64,000 nt of DNA from NCBI GenBank assembly GCA_973895155.1, contig OZ316899.1:12182834-12246833 (forward strand). Reading direction: 5' to 3'. Of this stretch, positions 1-12,900 are shown piece after piece (the stretch's first letter is position 1; the number at the start of each line of letters is the position of its first letter). Both the position numbers and the translations under genes were made by a program. Origin of the DNA: Marsupella aquatica. Its lineage: Eukaryota; Plantae; Marchantiophyta. The notes below the pieces were generated by a model. It saw only the letters and a program-made list of their open reading frames with translations. It was not told the origin of the DNA and did not search any database.

Positions 1-86
1 AGGCTAGGGCCCGAGCAGCTTTAGCAGAACAGGCCGGGCTCAAAAAGGACGCTGAGATCGCATGGCTCCGGGCCAAGATTGATGGT

Positions 87-347
87 TTGAAGGGACAAAC
101 CGTCAGTTGGCAAAAGGATCTGGAGGAAGCTAACTCTAGATCTCAGCGGGACACAGCCAAGATTGACACCCTAAAGACAGAGGTGGCGCGGCTTCAAGGA
201 GAAGCCAGGAAACAGGCCCACTTGGTGGATAAGCTGACGAGCAACACCCAGCAACTGGAGGAGGCATGCCAGGAGGCTGCGAAAGAGGCGGACGCGGCGA
301 AGCAGGAGAATGGATCTCTGCTGGACCAGGTCCAGCTACTCAAGTAG
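87..347 (+). pseudogene. C-terminal coiled-coil fragment of LTR-encoded accessory protein
   Basis: Clearly homologous to ORF 59465-59866; premature TAG at 345-347 where the homologue continues. Confidence 0.7.
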
Positions 348-982
348 GACGCCGACAGACTCAGAAGGCAGCAGGATAGCCGCTCCCACTCGGGCGGCTC
401 TGGTAAGCATGCCAGGCATTAGCGGCGGAGTAGGATTAAAATAGAGTAGGAGTAGCTAAATTAGGCTATAGGGACAAGCACCTGCCCTAGTTAAAGCAGC
501 ACTGCCATGCTGTACAACCTGCGTAGATTAGGATCTTCTAATAAGACAAGCCATTTTCCGGCCTGACAGCCAGCTTAGTTAGGACCTTAGTTAGCAAATC
601 TTCGGGCAAGAGGGCACTCTGTTCCTAGGCCCTTAGTATTTAGTGCACCCCTCGATAGAGGCAGGGGGATTTTTAGTCTCAGTGTTGGACATCCGCGGTA
701 TGTGCGGGGACACCCAACCTCTGGGAGTGAAAGAGTACCAAGGGGAGGGTGTAGGACTAAGCTTGTTGGGCAAGTGCAGAGCCGGGCTCCGTTGTAGTGA
801 ACACCCTCGGCCTTGGACCTGTTCATTCCAGAGATTTTGGGTCAACTAAGTGTACGCATATGTCTTCTATGTAGTAAAATCCTTTCCCATTATTTCCTTT
901 GTGTAAATCGAGATTGTATGCTTGTGCGTATGTATATGTGTGAATCTCGTGTATAGGTGCCAACGCTTGGCCAAACGCACTA

Positions 983-1261
983 ATCAATACTTTCACTAAT
1001 TTTGGACTATTATTCTCAATTTGGATTATTCATAACAACTTTTTGGAAACAAAAATATAGATAAATAAGAGACTTATCAAAGTCACCCTAGGAAAGTTTT
1101 GACCAAGATGTATTAAGCTTAACAAGCTGCTTCAAATGAATCTATGCACAACACATGATGTATTATAGAACTCAAGTTATAGATCAAAGAACACCTTATG
1201 TTGGAAATTTCATGATCAACATTTGGACAAAAGAATGTCCAGAATTAGCGAAATTAGTGAT
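983..1261. mobile_element. AT-rich MITE-like insertion (~279 bp)
   Basis: Absent from the homologous position (~60500) of the sister copy. Imperfect ~25-bp TIR (ATCAATACTTTCACTAATTTTGGAC / rc ATCACTAATTTCGCTAATTCTGGAC); ACTA direct repeat at 979-982 and 1262-1265. Confidence 0.6.
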
Positions 1262-4200
1262 ACTACCCAAGTCATGCACGGGGTGCAGCTTGCGGGTAAG
1301 TGGTTGCGAGCCCGGGTTGAGTACCCATACCATCAAATCCGGATTGAAGGCAAACAACACGAAGGCTTAGAAGCCTGTAAGCCGGGGTCGATCCTGCTGT
1401 TGACTGGGGTTCGTTGCGGTGGCGGAATACAAACCATACCTAAGAGGTGTCCGTATATGACAATAGGCGCACTTAGCGCTAGTTTATGTGAGTTAGGTGC
1501 ATTCCGTGCCTCCCTCCCTGCCCGAACCCTCATTTTGATGAAGGATGTGCCTGTCTAAGCCAAAGCCCAGGTTAAGGCCTAGGCTGACGACGTGACAACC
1601 GCAGAGAAAGATCCAGGATGCAATCTATTCTTGGCGGGACCTTTACTGCAAGGAATCATTTTGCAAAGTGAAGGAGATAGATATAGTAGGTTCAGAGAAT
1701 ATTGATCTTTATTTGATTTAATATTCTGGATTTGCAAAAGAGAACAACAACTAAACTAAAAGGAAATGATAGGTACGTAGAGTTTGTCTGGTTTGCAACA
1801 GTAAGTAGATACAAATAAACTAAAAGGAAAGTGGTAGAGTGGTAGGTCCACTATCTACTCATAGATTATAGCTGTCAACTGACTAGTTGTAGATTGTCGG
1901 CCTATTTTATTTTTCAGAAAAGTAACTTGTCAGGTTCATACATCAGCTTCTTGTCATACTAAGCGTTAGGACACTTAATTGCTATGTGCTTCATATATGG
2001 CTCCCATTCAACAATTTTCTGTGACATTTCCTCCAACTCGCCTGCCAGAGTAAGTCTTTCGTTGCCCTGTAGATTTTGGTCCTCCATAGCCAAAGTCAGC
2101 ACATAAAATATGAAAGCAACCAGATCAAGCGACAGTGAAATTATGTCAGTCGGGATATAGTGAACTTCAAAGATTGCCTTGGAGATGGCAACATGCAGTG
2201 CTAAAGAACCCCAAGGGTCCACATTCCATCTGACTCAGAGGTTCTCCATGCGTCATTGTGCATGTGGACCTGTAGTTCTTTTATGAAATATTCTTTCTCC
2301 TGTAAAGTTGATCCTCTGTGATACTTTCTGACTCCCAATTGTTGATACAGCTCATCTCTAATACTCTGCAAAATAAAACAGTACCAGAATTTTAGAATAA
2401 TTATACAACATAAGGAGAATGAATAGTATTTTACTTCTGATCTTGTTGAAGGCTTACCTTGGTGAGCAATCCTTTTCTCCTCCTCATTGCATCTTTCATG
2501 ATTGCTTTGAAATTTGGTTGACTGGTAGTGTTGTTCTAGGCTCTCATGAATTCATCATGAGACTTCTTGTCTTCAATAGATATTCCAAATTCATGCAGCA
2601 ATGCCTCTTGCTGAATATCCTCTGTAGGATAGAGTAGCTCTTTCTCCAAGAGCAGGTGGTTGACAACAGAGTTAGAAATTCTCTTCAAAATTCTTGGGCT
2701 ACAGTGCGCAGGCGATTCTTCACTATTCCTCAATGCACTTTCATTTGCTTTGAGTAAAAACTGAATAGTCTCTTGTGCTTGCTTGATCTCTCCCCTCAAA
2801 AGTTGAAGTTGTATTTGCTCGCCAGCATTTACCAAGGACTTTTGACGTGTAACCTCCATGACTGGAATCTCTGCAGTGCTTGCCTGGGGCACCTGATCTG
2901 CTAGAAAAGTACGTGGATTCCCAGGAGATGGCAACGTTGTTTGAAATGGCACCTGACCCTTTGAACAAGCACGTGCATCTCCAGAAGAATGTAACGGTGG
3001 GCTAGGGGAGTCCTCAGGATTTGTACTCTCAAGGGACCCTCGTTGACAGGAACTAGTTTGAGCGTTTCTTACAGTATTGACAAAAGTATCTCTCCCTAAC
3101 TTTTTACCACTGTGAACAATGTCCTGACTCAAGCTACGTTTCCTCATGATAGAATTTTTTTTTCAGCAGGTTGGGGGGCATGCCTGGATAGGAAGGAGGA
3201 GGAGACACAACTGGTGGAGGAAGAGGGTCCGGTTCAGATTCAAATCAATTATGTCAGCTTGTCTCCCCTCTCCTGCTTGTTGGATAAGCCAGGGCTCAGC
3301 CATTGAAAATGAGCCCAAAGTATTTCAAACTTACTTTATAAAAAGGTGCAAGTGGCCTGGAGGCCAGGGATTGACACTTCAACAAGTGGTCTAGAGGCCA
3401 TGGATCAACACCTCAGCAACTGGCCCGCACCATTGATCTTCATCTCACTTGGAAAATGTAATAAAGATCGTTGAAGTGTACTCTAATTGATTTGGAAAAT
3501 GGCACTAGCACCCCAATTTTGAAACTGAGAATTCTTATTTTGTTCTGTGGCAGAGGGATTTGAATTGTGCATTCGTAAAGTGTCAATTAGCGTTTTTCTT
3601 TGCTTCATGCAGGCATTGTCATCTGTAGAGACTGCCATGGGTGGAAATAGGAAGATATGCGGTTTCCCTATAGATTCCGGTCCTCCATAGCTAAAGTCAG
3701 AAGCGGATGTTGTCACGGAGCAGAGGAAGTCAAGCCTCACATTAGCACCCACGCCGCAGGAAGCCCGGTTCTTCATAGAAAGCTTGAAAGATTGGTATGG
3801 TCGGAGGTTAGGATTCAAGTTTGCTTCCTTATGCTTTTTTCTTGTGGCTCAACCATAGGCGTATATGATCAAGCAGTGCCATAAGTATTGAAGTTTTGAC
3901 AAGCAATCCGTCCTTGGCCTTTGTTGTAGACTCGCCGGTTTTTAAACACTCTCATTTGACATAAATCATAATAAACTTTGAACCCCTCCATTTTACAGAG
4001 TCCATATGGTGTTTTTAGATTTAACATTTGGGGTTTCTGACAGTCCATAGGCCGTTATTGAGATAATTAACAGAAGGGAGCATGCCACTGATTCTAAAGC
4101 CGTGGTCGAGTACCTGTTGGCTCTCATTGTAGCAAATGCAATCACATAATACTTACCAAACGATTGCACAAGGAGGACATCCGGTTTGCCAGCACTGGTG

Positions 4201-5149
4201 AGTTTTGTTGTCTTTGGCTGGAAATGTCATGTCGTTGGTAGGATTACCGGTGACATCAGATTATGTGCCATCACCGATAAATGCGGCACCTTACGTTAAT
4301 TTTATTGCTCAAAAGTGCAGCATTTTTTGGACTTATGTATTTATCATAGCACTTTTTATCTGGTGGCAGCTGCAAGACCTGAAGTAGAGGGCATCTGAGG
4401 GTCAGGAGGAACATTTGGCACCCCCTGGCATGACAAAGCAGCCAAAGTCTTCCCTTCGTGCTTGAGAAGTGGATGGTGACAATCCTATTGGCTGGGAAGC
4501 TCGGACTTTTACCCGTAAGGATGTAGAGATGCTCTTGCATGGAGAAACCTGATGATAAACAAGCGGATCAATCTGCTTGTGGATGAAGTCACCGAACAGT
4601 GGTCAAGGATTTCATATATTGGACATGATGCATTCTCACCTGAAGCATCTAGAAGGGGTGAAATTTGGTCGCTCTTCCAGTTGTTTCAATGCAGATCTAA
4701 CCTCACTCCAGGGATTTCCCCTAGTCCCGACCTATGCAAATCTTCAACTCAAGGTATTAAGTATTTGGTATTGAGTTGACAATCTATTCCTCCAGGGAAG
4801 GGTTGAATTTTGTAGTCGGAAAATTATCAATATAGAGAGGGATATCAAATTGACTGAGCCCATAAGGTCCCTAGCTTGTCTTGATGCTCTACTTCCAGTT
4901 TCAATTCAACAATTCTATAGTGTGTGAAGTGACTCCTTGCCCGCCAAGGATCTCTAAGTTTTGAACAAAAGTTCCTGAGTGTCGTTTCCTGGCTCTTTTT
5001 CTCACGTACACGACAGTTTCCTATGTTTTTGTTGCTATTTTGTTTCAAGGTTTGACAAAGCTGTTGGCAGACAATGCCTCGGGGTTTGACACAAGAGGCA
5101 TTGCAGAATGCGGGAGGAACGCCACAAAGCAAGTGCTGAGCAAAGAGCT

Positions 5150-5757
5150 TCTGCAAAGAAAGTTGATGCGGATAATGATATCAGCACGTGGGTGAACAAG
5201 AGTAGAAAGATTGAGCAAAAGAAGAAGGTTGATGACAGACAGAAAGCAGCAAGAATGGCTAAGATCCTGTCTGAACAGGTATGAAATTGGAGCGCTATTC
5301 TTCTCAAGCCGCATTTGGAAATTATTGTTTTAAGTCTGCAGTTGAGACTAGATTGCAAACTTGGGTGCCATTTCTGATTTACAGTAATAAAGGCTCTAAA
5401 TTTGAACTTCCTTTAGTTTGGCATCTGAGTAGGACAACGAAAAAGATGACAACAACAACAGTGACAAGCTGAACAACAATGCTTATGGAGCAAGTAAGGC
5501 CTTGATAATCTTACTGTTCAACATTTTAAGTTCCCAAGGCGATGTTATGTCTATGCTCTCCTTTGAATTTCATTTGAACGGCCGTGGGTGATGATTTTCC
5601 TTCACAAGTACCAGAAATGTTTCTTGAGTGTCGTTCTTTTCGTCTATAATATACAAAGGACCTAGCTGGACTGAAAATCAAGCATGGATTTGACAAGGTG
5701 ATGGAGGGGCATGCAGTCGTTCTCACATTGAAAGACACCAATGTTTTGGATGGGGTT
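5150..5757 (+). pseudogene. SART1: Decayed exons of a SART-1 / U4/U6.U5 tri-snRNP-associated protein 1 (DOT2/MDF-like) gene
   Basis: Manual translation: ..DISTWVNKSRKIEQKKKVDDRQKAARMAKILSEQ|GT (donor 5279), a short acidic exon ~5432-5493, then DLAGLKIKHGFDKVMEGHAVVLTLKDTNVLDG (~5659-5755). These match the plant SART1 N-terminal motifs WVNKSRK and DLAGVKVLHGLDKVMEGGAVVLTLKD as I recall them. The rest of the gene is missing. Confidence 0.75.
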
Positions 5758-8073
5758 GACTGGAGATCTTCTGTATGTACTCAGACGGCCATGACGGGTA
5801 GTAGGGCAGGCAGGCAATGGGAGTACACATCATCAGTTGGGCAAGGTTGAAGACCGGGTTGACGCTGCATGGTGGGGGAAGACTACGTACCAGTAGTGCT
5901 GCCCCACTCAGCATACGACAATGATATATACCGTGTGGCAAGACGACCATCAGTTTGCTGGGGACACGGCATCAACGCCCGGTTGGGAGGTTTGCTGCTG
6001 GCCAGCGCTGACGGGTTGGTGTTTGTCGCTATGGTGGATTCGATGAGTGGCCATCGAAGAGCGGCAGTGCCAACACCTGTGCATCTTGATTTTTCTTGCC
6101 ACAGGTATTGGAGCTCAAACAACTCTGAAGTTGATAAGGGAACATGATTGGGTCTTAATTTGGAGAAAGTGACAGTGGTATATTTTAATTTGAATGAGAC
6201 TAGGTCAGCAATGTAGTATTGTTGAAGAATACTATGTTGGGCTTGAAATCTGAATAGGTTATTGATGTTGTGTGCTTTTGGTGATTGCCTAACTTCAGCT
6301 TCAGCTTCTGTAGACACTTGTTCAAGATCATTGTATGTCCCCTCATAATTTATAACCTGCATTTGTCTGGTTGATTCTCTTCATCCTACCTTTTTCTCCT
6401 TGCCTGCTCGCTTACTATACTTTTATTGTAAGTCCTTTTTGACCTTGGGCTTCATAATTCATTCATTGGCCGCTACAAACCAAACGTACTAGTCTGTAAC
6501 TAGGTTAGTTCTACATTGTGCAGTAACTTGTGGCTTCCATGAAGTGAGCTGGAATATATAATTTCTGAGTTGATCTCGTGTCAATCTCGGTTTGGCAGAT
6601 GCTGTGTGAGAATTTGTATTGTATGAACGTGGGTGCCAATGCTTTGTTTCACAAAGGATTGGTTCATTAGCTCCAAATGAAGAGTGTAAGCACATGGCAT
6701 GCAATTGTGAAATCCCCTTTGGATCCTCTAAGATGCAATCACATAACAACATTCCTCCTTCAAATGAATGTGATCCAGGGACAAAAGAATATGATCCCGG
6801 GATGACCAATACACACAATTTCTTGTGAAGCCCTTTATCAGGATCTCAAAGTGTTAAAAAGTGTCTTGTACAAGACCAGGAAACTCAGATGTCAATCATG
6901 GGAAAAATCATGGAACTGATAACTTTAACCGTTCAACTCCAATCACTGTGCCTGCTCTACCTCGCTCACAATGCCCTCCCCCCTTGATAACATGTGTTTG
7001 AGTATGACAGCATTAAATGAGGGTTGACGTGTTACAATCATAGTAAAGTAAGAGCAAGAGATGTGTGGTAAAATGAGCTGCATGCACAACCCAATAACTA
7101 CTTCTTACCCATTATTTAGTCAATATTACTACATCATCTATATGCAATCTTTTTATGTTTAATACATGGACATAGGGTAACAATCTATTGTTAATTTTCT
7201 ATGTCTATCAAATATCTAACTGACATCGGTTCAAGTACATGAACATTACAATTAAGCCATGATATGTTTTGATGTAAAAGTTATGACTCATATGTTTCAA
7301 TGGGATATGCAATCCAATTTACATCAGAATCACATACAACCAATATCAACTTAGCATATTAAGCAGTTTGGTACAAAATATTGTCCAGTACACTCAAAAA
7401 ATTGACAAAGAAACCATGTACTAATCCAACTTATGTCAAATACATATACAGCTCAGTTTCATGATGTAGTCTAAGTCCTTAGTGCGTGTCACCAACTTGG
7501 CGCCTTGCCTTTGCCAGTGCCACGTCTCATTGTCCACAAGTCTCCTCATGCTAAGTCCTCCCCGGATGGCCTATCCAGGCTTGGACCATAAAGGAGCTTG
7601 GTGTCACAGTCAACAACGCCGGAGCTAAGTGTTAAGGTAGTTGAGTTCCGCAACTTGCACCCCGCCTTAAAAATGGTAATGTCTTTGTGACCCAAGTAAA
7701 CATTCCAGCATGCCTAGACCACTTGAGGTCTTAAAAATATTATGAGGTAACAAATGGTTTGCCCATAAGGCTGATGCAAACCAGGTTGGTATGCGAATTC
7801 TAGACTTAGAAAATTCCAACCTATCCCACTCATCCAAGTAGGATGTCAATCCAAGCAAGTAAGCTAACTCCAAACTCATTGAACCCTTTGTTCTCCCCTT
7901 GGGGTACTCCCCCTTAGTTTGAACCAACCCCCCACAGATGTGAGGCGGGCACCATCAACTTCCACTCGCAAAAAGCAAATTGTCCGCCCAACAACCTCTA
8001 GCGCCCATGCAATCCAACTTTATCCTCAAGAGGCCGGGAGGAGTGAAACTAGGATACAACTGCCTGTACCAGT

Positions 8074-9224
8074 TCACAATGGCGGTAGGCCACTTTGCTT
8101 ACGATCGCTTCCAAGGATCTCTTGGGCATTACCCAAATTTTCTTTTGGTTCCCAAGTACTCTCGGCCTGATCATAGCCAACCCACTTCACCAAATACTCT
8201 AAGATTTGCCTTCCTAACTTGCGTTCGTAACGGTGGTCCAGAATTGCCTCCACCTCAAACTCCTCAGCGTCCTCCACTAGCATGGTGTTCGGACACAAGA
8301 CCTGGTCCCAGTTGGGATCATTGTCTTTCACAAATTTCTTGAGCCGGCTAACATGGTAGTTTTTGCCTACGCCCATTTCCTTGGGTGTCTCCAACACCAC
8401 CAAAACCGGATTATCCTTGTGGGCCCATCGTATGATGCGATAGGGCCCCGCATATCTGGGAGCTAGCTTCCTACTTATGTTCCTGTGGTATTTCTCTAGC
8501 CTCAATTGCAACCACACACTCTCCCCAATTTCCAAGCTTACATGGCGTCGATGTTTATCCCCTTGTTCCTTGTACCGACTTTGGGCAAGGGTCATACCCT
8601 TGGTAGCCGCTTCCACAACTAGGCGCCGCTCTCAAATAAAATTGTCTGCAAAAGGAACCTTTCTTTCCGTCCACCAAGCTTCCGGATTTATGAACCAAGA
8701 GGGCGCCCTTGGCATCCTCCTTGTGGCCAACACAAATAGCGCAAACCCTATTGCCAAATGCTTGGTCGAGTTATACCTAAACTCAGCCATTGTTAAGTGC
8801 TTTGCCCAATCCTTTTGATTGGCCGTCACAAAGTGACGCAAGTAGTCCTCCACAATTCCACTCACCCATTCCGTTTAGCCATCCATCTCATGATGATACG
8901 CTGATCCTGTGGTAAGGTCTGTTCTGGATAACTGGAACAACACCTTCCAAAAATGGCCCATGAACTTGGTATTGGGATTGGACAGGATATTGCAACGACA
9001 ATCCCCATTGTTGGAAGACATTGTCAAACACCAGACTGACAACCTCTTGGGCCGAAACCATTTTTGTAGTCAACAAGGAATACGCCAACTTGGCAAAATG
9101 ATCCACGATTGTTATTGCCGTGGGACTCAGGTAACCCCACAATGAAGTCCATGGAGATAGACTCACATGGAGCCACAGCTACAGGTAAGGGTTGCAAAAG
9201 TCCTCCTTTTGCCCTATAGGACGT
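8074..9224 (-). pseudogene. Ty3/gypsy chromovirus integrase C-terminus with chromodomain (frameshifted)
   Basis: GLLQPLP..ISMDFIVGLP, DYLRHFV..QKDWAKHL..EFRYNS, KLAPRYAGPY (GPY/F), HVSRLK, chromodomain EFEVEAILDHR..YLVKWVGYDQAESTWEP; spread over several frames. Confidence 0.92.
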
Positions 9225-9705
9225 TGTCACAAGGACTAGAAGTTAGGGGCTCCTTGGGTAAACTTTGCATTTCCGGCTGCGACTGGGACAGGCAACAAGC
9301 ACTTTTTGTAGCAAACTCTCACTCCTTTATTTTTTTAATTTTTCTCTCAATGGTTACAATGGGTGCCCGCGGGTAAGCTTGCTCACAAGAGTCTGGTAGC
9401 TGACCTACGACTGGCCGCTACCTCTAACTTGCCAAGCTAAACTCCTCGATTGGCTGTCTACTGAAAACTAACGGAAAAAGCCTCCTCCTTAGCTCACAAA
9501 ACTCCAAAATTGACTAGCTACTCAACTAGTTGCAATCTAGCTCTCAAACAACTTGGGCTTGGACCAATGAGACTCAACGCTCAAAGGCCCAAGACTCAAA
9601 GCTCAAAGCTCACACCAAAACCAAACCGAATCACCTCTTAGACTTGAAACCTCCTTGATCAACCTCAATGAACCATCATTGCAACGAGCAATGAGTGACG
9701 AAACA
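9225..9705 (-). mobile_element. Partial LTR (same family as 34379-35173) inserted in the chromovirus pol
   Basis: Starts TGTCAC exactly where integrase homology stops; strongly similar to 34379-34700 over >300 bp; apparently interrupted at ~9706. Confidence 0.75.
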
Positions 9706-9972
9706 TGTGATGCCTAGCCAGGAATAACTAGGCCTTGTAAAATAGTAAAGTTGGGTGGTATACACTAAAACCCTTAGCATAAGGAGGAAAAGAAGAGAAA
9801 ATATAAACAATTAAGGGTATCCATGGAACCCGGGAGTAATAGGCACAACGGCAACTAAAGGGCGTGATTAGGGTTACGACATGCTAAGCACTGGCGACTG
9901 CAGGTAATCAATGACTAAATCTATCAGGGGCAGGCCGGAGGAGGGGTAAGGAAGGTTTGCCAGGAGTGACGG
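9706..9972 (+). mobile_element. Probable 5' start of a large ORF-bearing LTR, possibly continued at 33039
   Basis: Begins TGTGATG like 28069 and shares GATTAGGGTTA(C/T)GAC with it. The link to 33039 is inferred; no TSD found for the intervening block. Confidence 0.35.
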
Positions 9973-12900
9973 TGTCAAACACTTGTCAAGGAGCTTAAGT
10001 GGATTTTTTCCCAAAAAACTACCTAATACTTGCTCCATATCTGTGGTAAGTGCTTTAGATGAAACTTGTATAAAATATATCTTAGAAACTCGAATTCGTT
10101 CCCGTAAGGAATAAAGGAAATCGATTTATGATGGTATTACTGTTTTTGAGATCTTAAAGGATCTCTATTTTATCATACTTGCTAAAAGACATATAACATA
10201 TTTCTGTTTAATTGTTTTGGTATGGAATCTCTCTGATTATCGTGCTTTCTCCATAGAAGTTTGATTTTCATTTCACTCCTAAATTCCATATACTCCATAG
10301 AGATCGGTTTTACATTAGGAGTGTCATTACAATTCTCTAAACTCTAGATTTCAGAATTTACTCATATTTTCCATGCAAAACTCAAGAAACGTTTTCTTAA
10401 AAGATGTTCACCCATTCCAAAGTTTACGAGAAAGTAATGAGGAATTCATGAACAATAGTGAAATTTTAATGGTGCATTTTCTTATTCAACGATTCTCCCT
10501 CCTACGCCCAATTTGGCACGAGGAAAAGACCCATACTTGGTCACAAACCGTTTCCAAAGAAAAATGACAAGGCAAATTTGCCTGGGAGTTCAATTGTAAT
10601 ACTCCCTCACAGATCAAAGAGATCTGAAAAGGTTTTCTAACTACCTAAAAACTAACTACTGATGGAAGATCTGAAGAGGTAAGTGGTTTGAACTACTTTC
10701 CTAAATTAAATCGCCTAATGATAACTAAAGTAGTTTTGGCTAAACTAAGTTCTATCTAATGAGCTCGGGTAGAAAAAGGGAGAGGGAAAACGGTTTAAGA
10801 GAAGTTGAATCAAAATCCAACTAAAAACGCCTGAACGATTCTTCCGATGTAAAAGCAATTGTCGATTAAAAAGGATCCTTCAATGTGAAAGCAGTTTTAG
10901 AGCTTTAACTCCTTCGTCTTCTGTAAATAACTTCATTTGTCGCTTAAAAGGTTTCAAAAGGTTTGAAAAATGTAGATTGAATACTCCTTTAGAACACTTC
11001 CTCAGAAAAGGCTTTCCACAATATCATACCAGGGTCATAAAGGATTGACAAAACTTCTGAAATGTGCTTGCAATGTCTAATCATACCATACATAAGTAGT
11101 TTAAACTATCCACTTCTAGAGAGGTAGTCCTCTTGACTACTTTTGCACTCACACCCTTCCTTTCTCCTCTACTCCAAGGATTGTCAAGGGGGATCTCCAC
11201 TTCAAGCTGTCACGTTAGAGTAGATTCTCACACAAACACCCAAGAACCCAAAGTACTTTCTTCTTCAAGTTTAAGTCTCCTCAAGACCCTCAAAGTAGTT
11301 TTACCCCTCAACCTTTCCCCCTGGCCTTGGTTTGGGTCCACACATCCCCTTTGAGCTCTTAGAAACAACTCTTCTTTCTAAGGACTCTTCCTCTTGTTCT
11401 CACAAAAGATAAAGTACTTTTCACCATCAAGATACAATCCTCTCTAAGTCTCAGAGTAGTGCTCCACCTTAACCTTGCCTCCCTGGCCTTGGTTGTGTAC
11501 CAGCACATCCCCTTCAAGCTTAGACCAAGATTGCATCATAACATAGACTCTTCTCTTGCCCTCATACACTTCAAATTCCCTCACACTTAATGATCACATT
11601 GAAGATTGGGAAGACTCCTTTTATTGCATACTCAATCCTTACAACAAAAGATCTTCTACAATATCCTCACACTAAGTATGGACCTCACCTCCTTCTCAAG
11701 CTTAGCCCCAACTTAGCAAGGTAGAGCCTCTACTTTGAGAATTGAGAATTCTGGTCCTTAACAAAGGAAAACTTCCTCCTTATATACTATTCTCATTCCA
11801 CACCACACCAAGGTAGCCCATCAAGGACCAAGGACCAAAGTAGCCCACCAACGACCAAGGACCAAAGTCCTCCTAACCCACTCCCACTCAAGCTCCTTCA
11901 CCTTGTGATTTGCCTGGTCTATTCAACCATCTCCCAACCGCCCTTGTGTTTGACTCATTCCTGCCTTGTGGTAGCCTCGTCGAAGCATTTTTACACTTAG
12001 TCGGATTTTGTTATTTTGGAAAAAATATAATTCCTTGGCCCATATTGTACCCACCGCCAAAAATCACCCATAAGGCAAAAAGGACTTTTTAGTAGATTCG
12101 TAGATTCTCTGGACATAAGACTATGTCCTGGTTTACTAAGATCTAAACAAAACCCTGTAACCAATTTTCAAAAATTAGGTAAAGAGGGTTAATTCTTATG
12201 TTTTCAAAATTCTTCTCAACTTTGAGAGGCTCCCAAAAAGTAACCAGAGGTAACCAAGTTCTTCCACAAGTTTCCAGGGATAGAGGGGATTATATTTAAC
12301 CCTCTTTTCAACTTGGAACCCCTACATTTCCCCATCAGCTATTTTTCCCGGGACCCGCTATTTGGTAACTTTGAGTTTTGCCAAAATACTTACAACTCCT
12401 AGGTTAAGACCCCACTTGACTTTGTGACTTTTATGTGTGGTCTAGGGACTACCTAGCACCTATAGGGTGAGTCTTGGACAAACTTATCACTCAAAAGTAT
12501 TGGTCATGCCTTCGGCCCGACTTGCCGACTACCGTAACTTCTTTCCACCCTTACCGAATAACTTACTCAACTCTTGATACTTCTTAGAGCAACATGTCCT
12601 CTCCCTCAATTTATTTCCCTACTCTACTTCCCTAGTTATTAAGTTACCCTAAACCTAACAATTCTGCTAATCACTAAAACTATGTAATTACTACTCCTTG
12701 AAAGCACAAAACTGACGCATTTCCTACTCAAGCCTCCATTGAGCCATTCCACAGACGGCTCATTCACACACTTTGATTGAACAGATTGCAAGAAGAAGCC
12801 AACGATTGTCAGCTGCAAAGGAGAACACAATGGGCGGAAGCACATACCAAGCAACGACATAAGGAGGGAATGAGCAACGTCAATCAAGTTGCACATTTCT

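Larger units (their letters stand above)
1..1597 (+). mobile_element. 3' part of a large ORF-bearing LTR-like unit (same family as 54403-60844)
   Basis: Colinear nucleotide and protein similarity with ~59560-60844 (WQKDLEEA...VDKLTSN coiled coil; shared non-coding blocks such as CCCTTAGTATTTAGT and TCCCTCCCTGCCCGAACCC). Ends CGTGACA at 1597, like CATGACA at 60844. Confidence 0.8.

Noticed and set aside
1959-4900. Possible degraded minus-strand gene (ORFs 1959-2222, 2536-3147, 3483-3818)
   Set aside because: Coding-like, but I recognise no domain and cannot build a consistent exon model.
5869-6147. F-box/kelch-like fragment
   Set aside because: Only a vague resemblance; no diagnostic motif.
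7487-7608. Chromovirus 3' LTR (TGTCAC...GTCACA)
   Set aside because: Only ~120 bp, no adjacent PPT and no partner LTR in the window.
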